Origin: the human T2T-CHM13v2.0 reference genome, Homo sapiens
Direction: 5' to 3' (one strand)
Length of the DNA stretch: 64,000 bases
NCBI RefSeq assembly: GCF_009914755.1
Contig: NC_060934.1
This document shows, in pieces, positions 33,571 through 47,793 of this stretch. The notes under the pieces were generated by a model. It saw nothing but the letters and a program-made list of their open reading frames with translations. It had not been told where the DNA came from and searched no databases. Every line of letters starts with the position of its first letter. The first letter of the stretch is position 1. Position numbers and translations under genes: made by a program.

Positions 33571-35604
33571 TACCTATATATTAACATTTGTAATTCTAAA
33601 ACAACTTTGAAATATTGTTGGAGACAGGGTTATTAAGCAAATTTGATAAATGCCAAGAAAGAATGGAAGCAGGACTATTTTACACAAGGATTTATATCAT
33701 CATCCATATTACTTTATTAAAAAATGTTTACCAGTTTTCTATCTTATGCGATCTAATTGTTTTTTTATTGTGGGGGTGCCTTAAATGGCACAGTTGGTAT
33801 AAATATGGTGAAACATAAGTTTGTGCTTTCTTGTACAACTATTTTCTAAATATGTATTTTTCATGATTGTACTGGTGGGTCAAAAATATTCACATTTTGG
33901 TAACTAGTTTTCCAAATAGTTTTTTTGATGTGTATAGTGTGCCTTTTACCTCGCCTACTTATCCACACAAATCATTCTCTGTTTAGAATTATTGCTAATA
34001 AGTAGGATTAGAAAACATAGCACTATTTTAAATTGGTTTTTGGATTATTTAATAAAAAAATCATTAAAAATTAACGAAAAACTCCTTATGCCACTGTCTA
34101 CTGGCATTCTTACCTCAGTCTTATTGATGCATATGAAATATTTATTTAGAAAGGATATTAACCTATTGTATATCATGTGTGACAATATTTTATCAAATTT
34201 GCCTTTTTTTATTTTTTACATGTTGAGGATAGTTTTGTTATATTGATGTTTAAAAGATATTTGAAGTCTAGTCTGTCAGTCCTTTCCTCTGTGATTTCTG
34301 GCTTTGATGCTTGTGTAACTTCTGAAGGGTGGCCTATAAGCTTGTGAGTTGTGGGTAAGCATAACACCTGCCTCTGGTGAGGGGGAGTGCTGGGGAAGGA
34401 GGTGAAGGTTATCCAGGCAGTTTTGATCATCCTAAGGAAAATGATCATGGCTTGACTAGAGAGCTGTTAGAATATGGGCAAGGAAAATACTTCTTTTTTT
34501 CAAAGAGTACTACCCTAAAGAGAGCATCTGTGATCATTGCAGACTATAGCCTGGAGTCACTGTCTGGTTTCTAGGATATCTTTAGTTTTCTTTTCTAAGA
34601 ATGTTTTTCTTAGAAAGTATATATATTTGTGTGTGTGTCTGTGTGTGTATTTTACATAGGTATTAACAACTGTGACTCTAAAAGAACCTCAAAATAGGAA
34701 GGGTGTTAAACACATTTGATAAATGCAAAGAAAGTATTAAAACGGGATATTCTGCACAAGGTTATGGTCCATGTTATACACATAGCCACAACTAGATTTC
34801 AGGATGTGCCACTGTTGCTAAACTCTTTTATAGAATATTATAAAATTATTGTTTCACCTATTGCTTTCTCAGTAACATGACTAATATATGAATTATATGT
34901 TAGGTCTTCTATTATGTCAATAATTTGACTATGGAATCAAATTGTATTAAAAAGTTTAATTCTATAAGGTAAATAGCAGTGTATTCAATTATTTTAAAAT
35001 TTAACAGCATTATAAGTAACTGTTAAAATAATTTTAAAGAACAAATATTTGTGACATTAGTATCAGAATACTTTTCTCCAAAACATTTGGTTTTTGTTAA
35101 CCATTAGCTGTCTTTTTGAGGAGCAAGACAAAGCTGAGTTGGGTAATTTAAAAAAAGGCTAACAATGTATTTTCTGTGTATGTACGTGTGTGTATATAGA
35201 GTTATCTCTGGAAATATGACCTCATATCACCAAACATAACTTTGTAAACACTTTCAAATAAAAATATGTGATGTATACAATACATGTAAAATATGGAAGA
35301 AAGAGAGTAGCTATTATTTTATGCCTATTAAATACATTAAGACTGAGGCATGTTCAGAGAAAGTGACCCATTCCAAGTCTAACTTATGCCTCTGCACTGA
35401 ATTTTTAGTAAACACCTACAATGGTCTCCAACCATTTTGGCAACAGGGAATGGTTTCATGGAAGACAATTTTTCCATGGACCAGGAGTATGGGGGAATGG
35501 TTTCAGGATGGAACTTCTATCCTCAGATCATCAGGCATTAGATTCTTGTAATGAGAACACAACCTAAATCCCTCTCATGCACAGTTCACATTAGGGTTTG
35601 CACT

Positions 35605-37997
35605 TGATATGGTTTGGTTCTGTGTCCCTACCAAAATTTCATCTCCAGTTGTAACTCCCATATGTTGAGGGAGGGACCTGGTGGGAGGTGATTGGATCAT
35701 GAGGGTGGTTTCCCCCATGCTGTTCTCGTGATTGTGAATGAGTTCTCACGAGATACAATTAATTTTGTAAGTAGCAGTTTCCCCTACACACTCTCTCTCC
35801 ACCTGCCACCAGATGTTGCCTTGCTTCCCCTTTGCCTTTCACCATGATTATAAGTTTTCTGAGGCCTCCCCAGCCATGCAGAACTGTAAATAAATTAAAT
35901 CTCTTTTGTTTATAAATTACCCAGTCTCAGGCAGTTCTTTATAGTAGTGTGAAAACAGACTAATACAGTAAATTGATACTGAGATAGTGGGACATTGCTA
36001 TGAGATACCTCAGAATGTGGAAGCAACTTTGGAACTGAGTAATTGGCAGAGGTTAGAACAGTTTGGCGGGCTCAGAAGAAGACAGGAAGTTGAGGACAAT
36101 TTTGGAATTTCCTAGAGACTTGTTGAATAGTTTTGACCAAAATGCTGATAGTGATACTGACAATGAAGTCCAGGCAGAGGTGGTCTCAGATGGAGATGAG
36201 GAACTTCTTGGGAACTGGAGCAGAGTTCACTTTTGCTATGCTTTAGCAAAGAGACTGATGGCATTTTGCCCTGGCCCTAGAGAATCTGTGGAAATTTGAA
36301 CTTGATAGAGATGATTTAGGGTATCTGACAGAAGAAATTTCAACAGCATGCAACAGGTGACCTGGATTATTGTGAAAGTGTTCAGTTATATGCATTCACA
36401 AAGAGATGATCTGAAAGTGGAACTTATGTTTAAAAGGGAAGCAGAGTGTGAAAGTTTGGAAAATGTACAGCCTGACCATGTAGTAGAAAAGAAAAAAACA
36501 TTTTCTAGAGAGAAATTCAAGCCTGTTCCAGAAATTTGCATAAGTAACCAGGAGCCAAAGGTTAACAGCCAAGACAATAGAAAAAATGTCTCCAAGGCAT
36601 ATTAGAGATCTTCACAGCAGCCCTTCCCATCACAGGCTCATAGGCCTAGGAGGAAAAAATGGCTTTCTGGGCCAGGCCCAGAACCCTGCTGCTCTCTGCA
36701 GCCTCAGGACTTTGTGCCTTGTGTCCCAGCCATTCTATCTCCAGCTGTGGCTAAAAGGGGACAAGGTACAGCTCAGGCCACTGCGTCAGAGGGTGTAAGC
36801 CCAACCCTCCATGGCTTCCACATGGTATTGGGCCTGCAGGTGCAGAGAACACAACAGTTGAGCTTTGGAAACCTCCACCTAGATTTCAGAAGATGTATGG
36901 AAAAGCCTGGATGTCCAGGCAGAAGTCTACTATAGGGGTGGAGCCCTGGTGAAGAAACTCTGCGAGGGTAGTGCAGAAGGGAAATGTGGGGTTGGAGCCC
37001 ACACATAGAGTCCCCACTTGGGGACTGCTTAGTGGAGCTGTGAGAAGAGGGTCACAGTCCTCCAGCCCCCAGAGGAAGATCCACCAACAGCTTGCACTAT
37101 GTGCCTGGAAAAGCTGTGGGCACTCAATGCCAGCCTGTGAGGACAGCTGCAGGGGTTGTACCCTACAGAGCCATGGGATACAGCTGCTGAAAGAGCCCAC
37201 TTCTTGCATCAGTGTGCCCTGGATGTGAGACATGGAGTCAAGGGAAATCATTTCAGAGCTCTAATGACTGCCCCACTGGGTTTCAGACTTGTGTGGGACT
37301 CATGGCCCCTTTGTCTGGCCAAGTTCTCCTATTGGTATGGGAATATTTAGCCAATGCCTGTACTCCCATGTATCCTGGAAGTAACTAACTTGCTTTTGAT
37401 TTTACAGATGCATAGGTGGAAGAGACTTGGCTTGTCTCAGATGAGATTTTGTACTTGGACTTTTTAGTTAATGCTGAAATGAATTAAGACTTTGGGGGAC
37501 TCTTGGGAAGGCATGATTGGTTTTGAAAAGGAATTGAGATTTGGGAGGGGCTAGGGGCATAAGGATATAGTTTGGCTCTGTGTCCTCCACCCAAATCTTA
37601 TCTCAAACTCTAATCTCCAGTTATGGAGGGAGGGACCTGGTGAGAAGTGATTGGATCATGGGGGTGGTTTCAATCATGCTGTTTTTGTGATAGTGAGTGA
37701 GTTCTCATGAGATATGATGGTTTTATAAGTGGCAGCTTCCCCTGCACTCTCTCTATTTCCTGTCACCATGTAAGATGTGCCTTACTTTCCTCTTACCTTC
37801 TGCCATGATTTTAAGTTTCCTCAGGCCTCTCCAGCCATGTGGGGCTGAGCCAATTAAACCTCTTTTGTTTATACCATGATTTTAAGTTTCCTCAGGCCTC
37901 TCCAGCCATGTGGGGCTGAGCCAATTAAACCTCTTTTGTTTATAAATTACCCAGTCTCAGGCATTTCCTTATAGCAGCGTGAGAATGGACTAATACA
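35605..37997 (+). mobile_element. Complete THE1D-like MaLR provirus: LTR 35605-35967, internal region, LTR 37563-37997
   Basis: Two LTRs running T/GGATAT.GTTTGG to ACTAATACA; THE1-int ORF remnants (FDQNADSD..EVQAEVVSDGDEELLGNWS); TSD GCACT/GTGCT. Confidence 0.93.
37803..37944 (+). repeat. Perfect 71-bp tandem duplication in the THE1D 3' LTR
   Basis: 37803-37873 is identical to 37874-37944. Confidence 0.96.
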
Positions 37998-39912
37998 GTG
38001 CTCCTATGAGAATCTAATGCTGCTGCTGATCTGACCAGAGGCAGAATTCAGGTGGTCATACTCGCTTGTCCTCTTCTTACCTCCTGCTGTGTGGCCCAGT
38101 TCCTTACAGGCCACAAATTGGTACCAGTCTGTGGCCAGGGGTTGGGGACCCCTTACCTACAACAAATATTCATTGATTTACTTGTATGTGGCAAGTAATA
38201 GTCTAGTCTGCAGAAAAAGAGCAGTAGAAAGAAAAGAGAGACTCTCCTACCCTGGTAGGACTTGCAGTTCAATAGTAGTGCTGGGATGGAGCTTTTAAAG
38301 AGTAAGGTGTTTTTGAAATGTAAAATGTAAATATAGATAGATAGATGACAGATAGGTAGGTGAATAATATATATACAGCAATGGAGAAGATAAATGCTAT
38401 TAGTAAATAGAACAGAGTAAGGGAAATTGGAATACTGATGGGGCAGTTTGTAATTTCATATACAGTGGTCAGAATACTTATTACAGGAAAAAAATAACAT
38501 TTAAAGAAACATGTAAAGGAAACAAGGGCTTTCATAAATCCAAATATCTGTGTCCTAGATATCTGGGGGAATCAAAATATCTGTATCCTGGCTGCTAGGA
38601 TCCTAATATACTGGCTCTGCAGCAGAATTTTGCTTGGGGGTAATCAAGGGATATCAACAAGAAAAGTTAGTTTAATGTAGGAGAAACTGTGATCAAAGAG
38701 CAAATGAGAGTCAGACTTTATAAGGCCTATGGACAATGGTGAGAATCGCATCTTGTTTTAAGACTTTTAATTTCCAGTTATTTTAACACAACTCAAAGTA
38801 ATTTACACAAAAAGGAGAAATCAAATTGGCTTTGCCTATGTTTTGTTCCCATCACTTCAGGTTCACACAGTTTTCAGGAAGATGGGGTACTACAGTTTGA
38901 CCAATCTGTATCACATGACTATACCTGTGACTGGATGAGTGAGCAGTAATTGACATCAAACCAGAAGAATATAAAATGGGAAAAAGACTTTACCACAAAA
39001 GGAGAAGTGTACGTGTTATACAAACTTAATAGTTGGCAGTTTTAAATACCTAGGATATTGAGTAAAAGCTCATGCTTTCTTAGGATAAATCCCTTTTTTG
39101 CCTATTTTTATTTTTCTTGGGTAAATAACAAGGAATGAGAGTGCTAGGCTATATATTATGTATACATTTAGCTTTATTTAAAAAAATCAATAAATGGCTT
39201 TCCAAAATAACTGTATGATTTTGCATTCCCACTGGTATTGCATGAGACTTCAGTTGTTCCTTATTCTTGTCATCACTTGATATTGTCCGTTTTTAAATAG
39301 TATTTTAGCCATTCTAATACGTGTGCTGTGCTATTACATTGCAATTTTAATTGACTGTTTTCTAATTACTAATATTGTCAAACATCAATTCATTTGTTCA
39401 TTTATTTCTCATCTCTATGTATTCTCTGGTGAAGTCTACAATGCAATTTCTTGACCATTTTTAACTTTTTGATTATTGAGTTAGTGTTATTTATTTACTG
39501 TGGTTAGAAGTCCTTTATTAGATCATTGTTTTACAAAGCTTCCCTTCAGTGTGATTTGCTTTAAATGTTCTAGCAATATCTTTTAAAGAGTAGACTTTCT
39601 TATCTTAATGAACTGTAATGTATTACTATTGTTGTTGTTGTTTTGTGTTTTCTCAATCCAATGTAAGAAATCTTTGCCCATCTCAAAACTTGCAAATATA
39701 CTCTTCTATTTTTTTCTTCTAGAAGAGTTACAGTCTTGGGTTTTATGTTTAGGTCCAGAATGACTTACAATTGTATTTTTATATAATAAAAGGTATGACT
39801 TGAAGTTCATTGTTTATATATAGTTGTTTAGTTGTTCAGCATGAATATTGAAGAGGCTATTCTTTCTCTATTGAAGTGGCTTCCCAACTTTATCTAAAAG
39901 TAATTGACCATA

Positions 39913-40258
39913 TAATATAGTTAGGCTGTGTTCCCATAAAAATCTCACCTTGAATTGTAATAATCCCCCTGTATCCAGGGTGGTGCCGGGGGAGATAATT
40001 GAATCATGGGGGTGACTTCCCCCATATTACTGTGGTAGTGAGTAAGTCTCATGAGACTTGATGGTCTTATAAATGGAAGTTACACTGCACAAGCACTCTT
40101 ATCTGCTGCTGTATAAGATATGACTTTACTCCTGCTTCGCCATTTGCCATGTTTGTGTGGCCTCCCCAGCCAACTGGAAGTCCATTAAACCTCTTTCCTT
40201 TATAAATTACCTAGTCTCAGTTATGTTTTTATTAGCAGCATGGGAACAGACTAATACA
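39913..40258 (+). mobile_element. THE1C-like solo LTR
   Basis: AATCTCACCTTGAATTGTAATAATCCCC...AACAGACTAATACA; TSD CCATA/CCATG. Confidence 0.88.
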
Positions 40259-40636
40259 CCATGTATGTGTAGACTTATGAATGAATCCTCTATTCTCCTC
40301 CACTGATTTATTCACCTTTCTCCAGCACCATACACAAATAATTTAATTTTCTTTTTTCAAACCATGAACTTTTTGATTTGATATTTTTGTCATATTGTAC
40401 TGCCTAGGACCTCCATTTTAATGTTAAATGGCACTGATTAAAGTTGATTATTTTACTTTGTTGCCAGATCATAGAATTAGAATTAGTACATTCTGTATTA
40501 CCAAAAAGTGTGATACTAGCTACAGTTTTTTAATAAATGCCCTTTGACAAGTTGATAAAGTTCTCATTAACTACCAGTTCAATCACAGTTGTTATCATGC
40601 TGAATGCTGAATTATTAAAAATACTCATTTTGTATT

Positions 40637-41074
40637 ATATTAGTTCCCCATTGATGCTATAATAAATTACCACAAGCTTAGTGGCTTAAATCAATACAAA
40701 TTTATTATTTTATAGTTATGGATTTCAGAAGTCCAACATCAGTTTCACTGGGCTAAAATCATAACGTCAGCAGGCCTGCATTTCTTCTGGGTATGCTAGA
40801 AAAGAGTCTGTTTTCTTTTTTCAGCTTCTAGAGTCCGTCTACATCCCATGACTTCAGTCACCATCTTTATCTTCTCTCTCTGACTCTGGTTCTCCTGCCT
40901 CCTATTTATAAAGATACTTCTGAACACATTGGCTTTACTTGCAATATCCCAATCTTGAAACCATTAACTTCATCACATATGAAAATTTTATTTTACCATG
41001 TGAGGTAACATATTCACAGGTTCCAAAGATTAGGGCATGGACATCTCTGGGGAGCTTTTATTTAGCCTACTAAA
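40637..41074 (-). mobile_element. MLT1C/D-like LTR
   Basis: AAATTACCACAAGCTTAGTGGCTTAAA...GGTAACATATTCACAGGTTCC...TAGGGCATGGACATCT. Confidence 0.82.
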
Positions 41075-41299
41075 TCCACCTATTAATGTGATTATATGGC
41101 TTTTTTCTCTTTTAATATAGAAAAGTACATTGATTTATAATCAATTATTTGATCTACCTTGTAATACAGGCATAAGTCTCACTTCATCTTGATGCATTAT
41201 CATTTTTATATGTTGATAGATTTGATTTGCTAATATACTATTGAGGTTTCTGTACTTCTACTCTTGTAGGATATTGATCTGTATTTTCTTATAATAGAG

Positions 41300-41625
41300 A
41301 GCTTCTGGTAAGGGCTCTTTAAAACCTCATAAAGCCACACAGAAAGATGATTCCTCTTCCTTCCTCTAGAAATTGCCATGACTGGACAGGACACTCCAAA
41401 ATTTTATGCCATTTTTCTATGAAACTCCTGAGGAAGCCAATACAGAGAAGGAGCAGCACCAAAAATATTTAGAGAAAAGAAGAGCTAAACTCTTGACATC
41501 TGTGCTTCGAGTCTTCCTTAACACTAGCGTCTTGTTATATGAAATAATGCATCCCCTTATTACTTAGTTTGTAGAATTCTGCTTTTGTTTTTACTTTTCT
41601 GTTACAAGAAAAGAAGCCAACCTCA
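41300..41625 (+). mobile_element. Old MLT1 (H-J like) LTR fragment
   Basis: GAGGAAGCCAATACAGAG...TTGTTATATGAAATAAT...TTTTCTGTTAC. Confidence 0.5.
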
Positions 41626-41990
41626 TCTGGAATTACATATGTGGAAAGTTTTATTTGGATTATCTTTAAAAACCTGGATTTTTAGGCCTTATTGGTAATA
41701 TTCCTCACAATTAATTCAAACTGATTAATGCTTAATCAATGCTTATTTCTGTTCACATATTTATTTTTTAATATTATAAATAAAAACACAATAATTGACC
41801 ATTTTGTTACTTTCAGTATTTTAAAAACAGATGGTTTATTTTGTAGGATTTTGATTGTCATCTAATGGTTTCGTATTTAGTGAAAATTTCAAAAAGCTAA
41901 AACTAAGCCTGAGATATAGAAAAGAAATTAGTCTCAACAATTTTTTTTTTATCTGATTGGAAGTAAAAGTATAGCAAACATATTACTATA

Positions 41991-42366
41991 TGTACTAGTC
42001 CATTTTTACACTGCTATAAAGATTCTACTGGATACTGGGTAATTTATAAAGGAAAGAGGTTTAACTGACTCACAGTTCTGCATTGCTGGGGAGGCCTCAG
42101 GAAACCTACAACCTTGGCAGAAGGTGAAGGGAAAGCAGGCACAAGGCAGCAGGAGATAATTGAGTGAGGGCACAGGAAAAACTTCCATTTATAAAACCAT
42201 CAGATCACCTGAGAATTAACTCAGTATCATGAGAGCAGCATGGAGGAAACTGTCCCCATAATCCAATCACTTCCCTCCCTTGACAGGTGGGGATTACAGG
42301 TCCCTCCCTGTACACGTGGGGATGATAATTCAAATTTGGGTGATAACACAGAGCCAAACCATATCA
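41991..42366 (-). mobile_element. THE1D-like solo LTR
   Basis: TGTACTAGTCC...GCCAAACCATATCA; TSD CTATA/CCATA. Confidence 0.9.
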
Positions 42367-42454
42367 CCATAATAGATTTGTAATTTCTAATATTGTTCCC
42401 AAGAGATTTTAATATCCTTTTCATTACTTACACAATACTGGGCTATAATAGTAA

Positions 42455-42799
<345 letters not shown>

Positions 42800-45700
42800 T
42801 CAGGTTTTCTCTTAAAGCAGGGTTTTTGTGTGTTTATTTGCTTTTTAGTTTTTTGTTTTTGTTGTTTTTGTTTTTTGAGGTTGGTCATGGATCAGCTAAG
42901 TGAAGACTTGCAGGCTTCATGATTCAACTTCTTTGAACTAACTAGTACTAGTAGCTTTAATAACTTTGACAAAAATCTCTCAGACAAGAAGATTATTAAG
43001 CTTATTTAATGGATGATTATACAAACTCAGCTGGACAAAACTCCAGTTTCTAGTCTGAAGTCTGATTTATACATGCATAATATCAGTTGTACATACTTTA
43101 AGGAAATTGAGCAGATCTTTCCACCTTGATTATATATGTTTCAAAATCTAAAATACTAGTGCAAGTTTTTTTTTTTCCTCTGTCTTGGGGCTTGACTTGT
43201 TAATTTTATTTTGTCATTTTTGTTGTTTAAGTCATCTGACAGTACAAGACTTCCAAGAACTGCCATACCCAAATTTAAATTATGTAATCAAAGTTTAGTT
43301 GATATAGGTATTTCATGGATGATCACTAGTCAGAGATCACTAACTAAAATACTACACTGGGATCCCAAGAAGGCTAAAGAAATGCTAAATTGCAGAACCC
43401 AAGATCTTGCATGTCTACTCAAGCTACATCAGTAATTAAACAAGCCAGCTTATTCTAAGTGTTCTGAAATTCCTATTAAAATAAAGCATTTTCTTGATAT
43501 TAGAGATTTTGTATAAACTGTTAAATGTTTTAAAAATAACCAGAACACTTGAAATAAAAATAAACTGAAAATAAAACACTTGGAGACTCCAAATTATATT
43601 TGCAAATAGCAAATTTCCCATTGAGACATAGATTTTTAAGGTGGTTGAAAGCAATTTACTCAGGAGTAATCATTATATATTGTAACAACTATTCTCCAAG
43701 CTATAAACACTAATATAAACAGTTACTATTGACCATTTCTGAGAGCTAATTAATATTCTATCAAAAACAATCAAGGGATTATTGAATAGACTACTTTTGC
43801 ATATAGTGGCAACTGGGCTATTTCCTAGAAATTATGACCACATTCTTAATGATTGTAATGCTTTAAAACAAACTCCGCATCAAAAGTGTGTAGTTTTCAT
43901 CATAGTATTTAACTTATTTTTCCTACAACACAAAGAAAATTAACTTCCATGTGACTTCAACAAAAATGTACAGTTAATTGCTCTTCATAAATTAGTCATT
44001 ATAAATTGCATAGACATTAGTTGAGGGTTTCTAATAGTTTCAAGCCACTTAAAAGATACACTAGAAGTTAAGCTCATAGCTACACTTTCAGCTACAGCAA
44101 TTTATTTTCTACTAGCGAAAGAGAAATATGAAAAAATTATTTAAATAATAGTCCATTTTTTTGTATTTCATTTGTAGGAAACTACAAAAAATGTTAATTT
44201 AATTACATTGTAACAACTAAATTGTGTACAGAGGATACTATTGAGTAATGCTCACTTTTCTGGATTTCACACACAGAATCATTCTATTCATCAACTTTTT
44301 ATTTCAAAAGTGACCTTACGTCTCAAGTGGGTACAAATACTATGATTTAATTGATGTTTTTTTGATGGTTCGTATGGCAGCATCTCTCCTAGTTAAAGGG
44401 AGTTAAATTTCTGTTAGAATAAACAAACTTTTCTTATAAAACTGCTCATTTTTTTCTTTAAAAAGCATGTAATTTCCAATAAAATACAGAGGTGCTTTAT
44501 TTATTTAGTTATGTTGAGGTTTCTTAACTAGGAAATGTTTATTTAAGGTTTGTGCAGACTAAGAAGCATGAGAATGCTAAAACTTTAATAGATACTTTAT
44601 GTGACTACATGGTTTAAATTTTATAAATTATTCTTTCTTGTCATTACCTGGCATTTAATTCAATCAACTAAAGCAACAGCTTTCTTGCTAAAAGACCTGA
44701 AAGAAGAGCCCAGCACAACAGAAAATCTCAGTAAGAATGGAGACATAGGAGCTTACCAAATCAACCCATTAATGTCGTTGATGAAGTACTGGCTCACAAT
44801 TACAGATATGACCAGAAACAACATAAATAGATTTTGAGAACCAAAGATCAAACAAAAACCTCAGAGAAGCAACTGAGTGGCATTTATAGGCAAAGACCTG
44901 AATAAGACTCCAGATGCTTTGAAAACTTTTACCTGACACTGAAACCACAACCTACAGAAAGCTGATCAGAATTTGTGGGCTGAATTCAAGGAGGCGATTG
45001 AGTTCTAAGCCAGAACAAAAATAAAACAAGGTATCTATGTTCTACCACACAGCTTAAGCAAGATCTGCAGTGTCATAACAAAATACTGAAAATGTCTAGT
45101 ACATAAACCAAAATTATTCAGCATATGGTAGAAACAGAAAAATCTCAAATTGCATGAAAAATTACAATTAAAAATGTTAATGACAAGATGACATAGATAT
45201 GGGAATTATCCAACAAATATTTTAGAAGAGCTATTTTTAAAGGCATTCAATGAGTAATGGTAAATAAGTGAATAAGAATACAGTAGTTCTCAGACTATAA
45301 TATTGAATACTTTTTCTAGTGCTCATTATTATTAAACTATAGGTATTTTTTAAATTCAGAAAAGGTTGTTGAATTTTACTCATATCTAATAACATCTATT
45401 GAAATATTCAAATCATGTTTCTTCTTTAATCAGTTATTATCAGTTTTCTTACTTTCACTATATTCAGAATAATGTGCTTGCATCTTCATCCATTAATAAA
45501 TATGAAACACATTTCAGGCAACAACATTATGATATAAATGTATAGTTTTCTCAAATGGCTAAATTCAAGCAATACTTTAGTGTGGCACAGAGTCTCATGG
45601 GCATAAACATGCTCACACATTCAAATACAGTGGAAAATTGAGAAACAAATATTTTGTCTTTGTTTTCCATTAAATGCCTGGGAGATCTTTGGAAGCCACT

Positions 45701-45839
45701 TCATTTCTACAGGTATCAGTCTTATCATCTGTGTAAAAATTGTTTACATTAAACAACCTCCTTCCAAGTACACACTTCCCAGTCTTTTAACATGTTAAGG
45801 TTTTCCCTGCATATACACCTGTTTTATATGTGAAGTAAG

Positions 45840-46800
45840 ATTATAATCTCTTACCACTTCTATTTAATATTTTTACTAGAGGATTTTACCAGTTCAACAG
45901 GACAAAGAATAAAGAAGAGGGAAAAGAATGAATAATAGTCATAAATATATGAAAGAAATAATCACAACTATATGTATTTGCAGATTACATAATTGCACAT
46001 TTAGAAAATTCAAAAGAATGTACAAAAAACCTGCTAGGTATAAAAAGTAAATTCATGGTCTCAGGATACGATATTAATATGTAAAAATCACTAGGTCTTT
46101 ACACAAAGAACAAAGTAATTCATTTACTTTAGGAACAAAAATTATATTGAATATACTATTTGTAGTAGCACCAAAAATGTAAAATATCTAAAAATATACT
46201 TAACAAAAATCTAAAAGACTTCTACACTGAAGGTCACAAAACATTGCTCAGGGAAAAAAGGACTATTATTTGGAAAATTATTACAAGCTTATTGGTGAGA
46301 AACCTCAATATTGTAAAGACATGTATTCCTTCAAATTTGAATTAAATCAGCATACATTTTTCCAGATATGTACAAGCTAATGCTCAAGTTTGTATAGACT
46401 TATACAAACACTATTGGAAATATAGAGCAAAGTCAAAGGCATTAGTGTAACATGAATTTAAACTTATTATAATGTTACAGTAAGAGAGTGTAGTGTCGGA
46501 ATAAGAATAGTCAAAAAGTTTAATTAACTAGAAAAAAAATCCACATTCAGTGGTCCAATTATATTTAACAAAGACATTAATTAATCTAAATTGGAATAAA
46601 ATAATTTTTCCACTAATTATTGTGTATCAGTTGCCTATTTATAATTTTTTAAAAGGGGAACAGTGTTAACCTTACATTACTTCATACACAAAAATTAACA
46701 AGTAAATGTACATGGAAAATTACAGCTATTAAAATAAATTATTGAGGCACATTTAAATGAAAAATTTTAAAAATATATATGGCTAAATTGCCCTATTTAA
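45840..46800 (+). mobile_element. Very old L1 (L1ME-type) ORF2 fragment
   Basis: TATTTGCAGATTACATAATT (FADD-like), GGTCTCAGGATACGATATTAATAT. Confidence 0.7.
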
Positions 46801-46809
46801 AAAAACAAT

Positions 46810-47712
46810 CTGGAGAACTCCAGTTTCTAGTTTAACATATAAGGAGCTGAGAAGATGTGACTCTTTGCTAACAAGTAAAAATCTGAACAAATTGTAAAAT
46901 TAACAACTTTCCTTAAGGCTGTACTGTAATATTAATAAAAGTGAGGTTATAGAGCAACTACTGCCCCATAAAAGTGAGACAGACAAAATAACACTGAGAA
47001 TCACACCTTACCAAAGCAGACATCCATAAGATGAAACTTCTGTGGGAACTAATGCTAAAGTAGAAAAACCTAAAATGTAATTGACAAAATTCCTGGAGAC
47101 TCAGGGTGGACACGTCTGAGAGTTATAAATTCCAGCCATCAGAAGCCCCCACACTTTAGTGAGTTTTACCACCTGAAGCTGTAACAGCATCTAAACATAA
47201 ATATTGGAGAAAAATCCTCTTACGGGGTGGCAAGGGGTAGAGAAAAGGCACCTTTATGAAATATACCAGAGCCTTCTGTTTTCTGCCCTTGGGACAAACT
47301 ATTTTAAAAAGGCTTAACTTCCTGGGGTTTTATTAGAGTCTAAGAGACCTGGGGAAGGGAATTAAATATCTAGCTTTCCATGAGGAGGAAGAAAAATACC
47401 TAATTCCAGCATCCTCTAGCCATCAACATTGGAGAAAGGAAATGCCGAACTCCAGCCACCTTAAGCCACCCTGTTTCACTTTACCAAGTAAAAGGAGCCA
47501 ATCAGATAAGGCTACGTACTGTTTGATTTCAAGTACATGACCTCCTGAAAAAGGCAAGACATTGGAGAGAATCAAAAGATCAGTAGTTGTCAGGGGTTAG
47601 TGGGAAGGAAGGATAAACAGGCCAAGAACAGAGAATATTTAGGGCAATCAAACTTATATATATATAAACACACACACATACACACACACACGTATATGTA
47701 TATGTGTATATA

Positions 47713-47793
<81 letters not shown>

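Larger units (their letters stand above)
35419..38154 (+). mobile_element. MER1B (hAT-Charlie MITE) split by THE1D; halves 35419-35604 and 37998-38154
   Basis: GGTCTCCAACC...TGGAAGACAATTTTTCCATGGAC and CCTATGAGAATCTAATGC...GGTTGGGGACCCCT; 8-bp TSD ACCTACAA 35414-35421 / 38155-38162. Confidence 0.9.
39080..41290 (-). mobile_element. Old L1M antisense host interrupted by THE1 and MLT1 LTRs
   Basis: TTTTGCATTCCCACTGG, TTTTAGCCATTCTAATA and similar antisense L1 3' motifs. Confidence 0.75.

Noticed and set aside
36063-37350. ORFs in the THE1 internal region
   Set aside because: Fragmented remnants of the MaLR internal ORF with stops and frameshifts
42272-42323. Short internal duplication in the THE1D LTR
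   Set aside because: The copies are diverged and I recall this as a THE1D variant feature, not a locus-specific event
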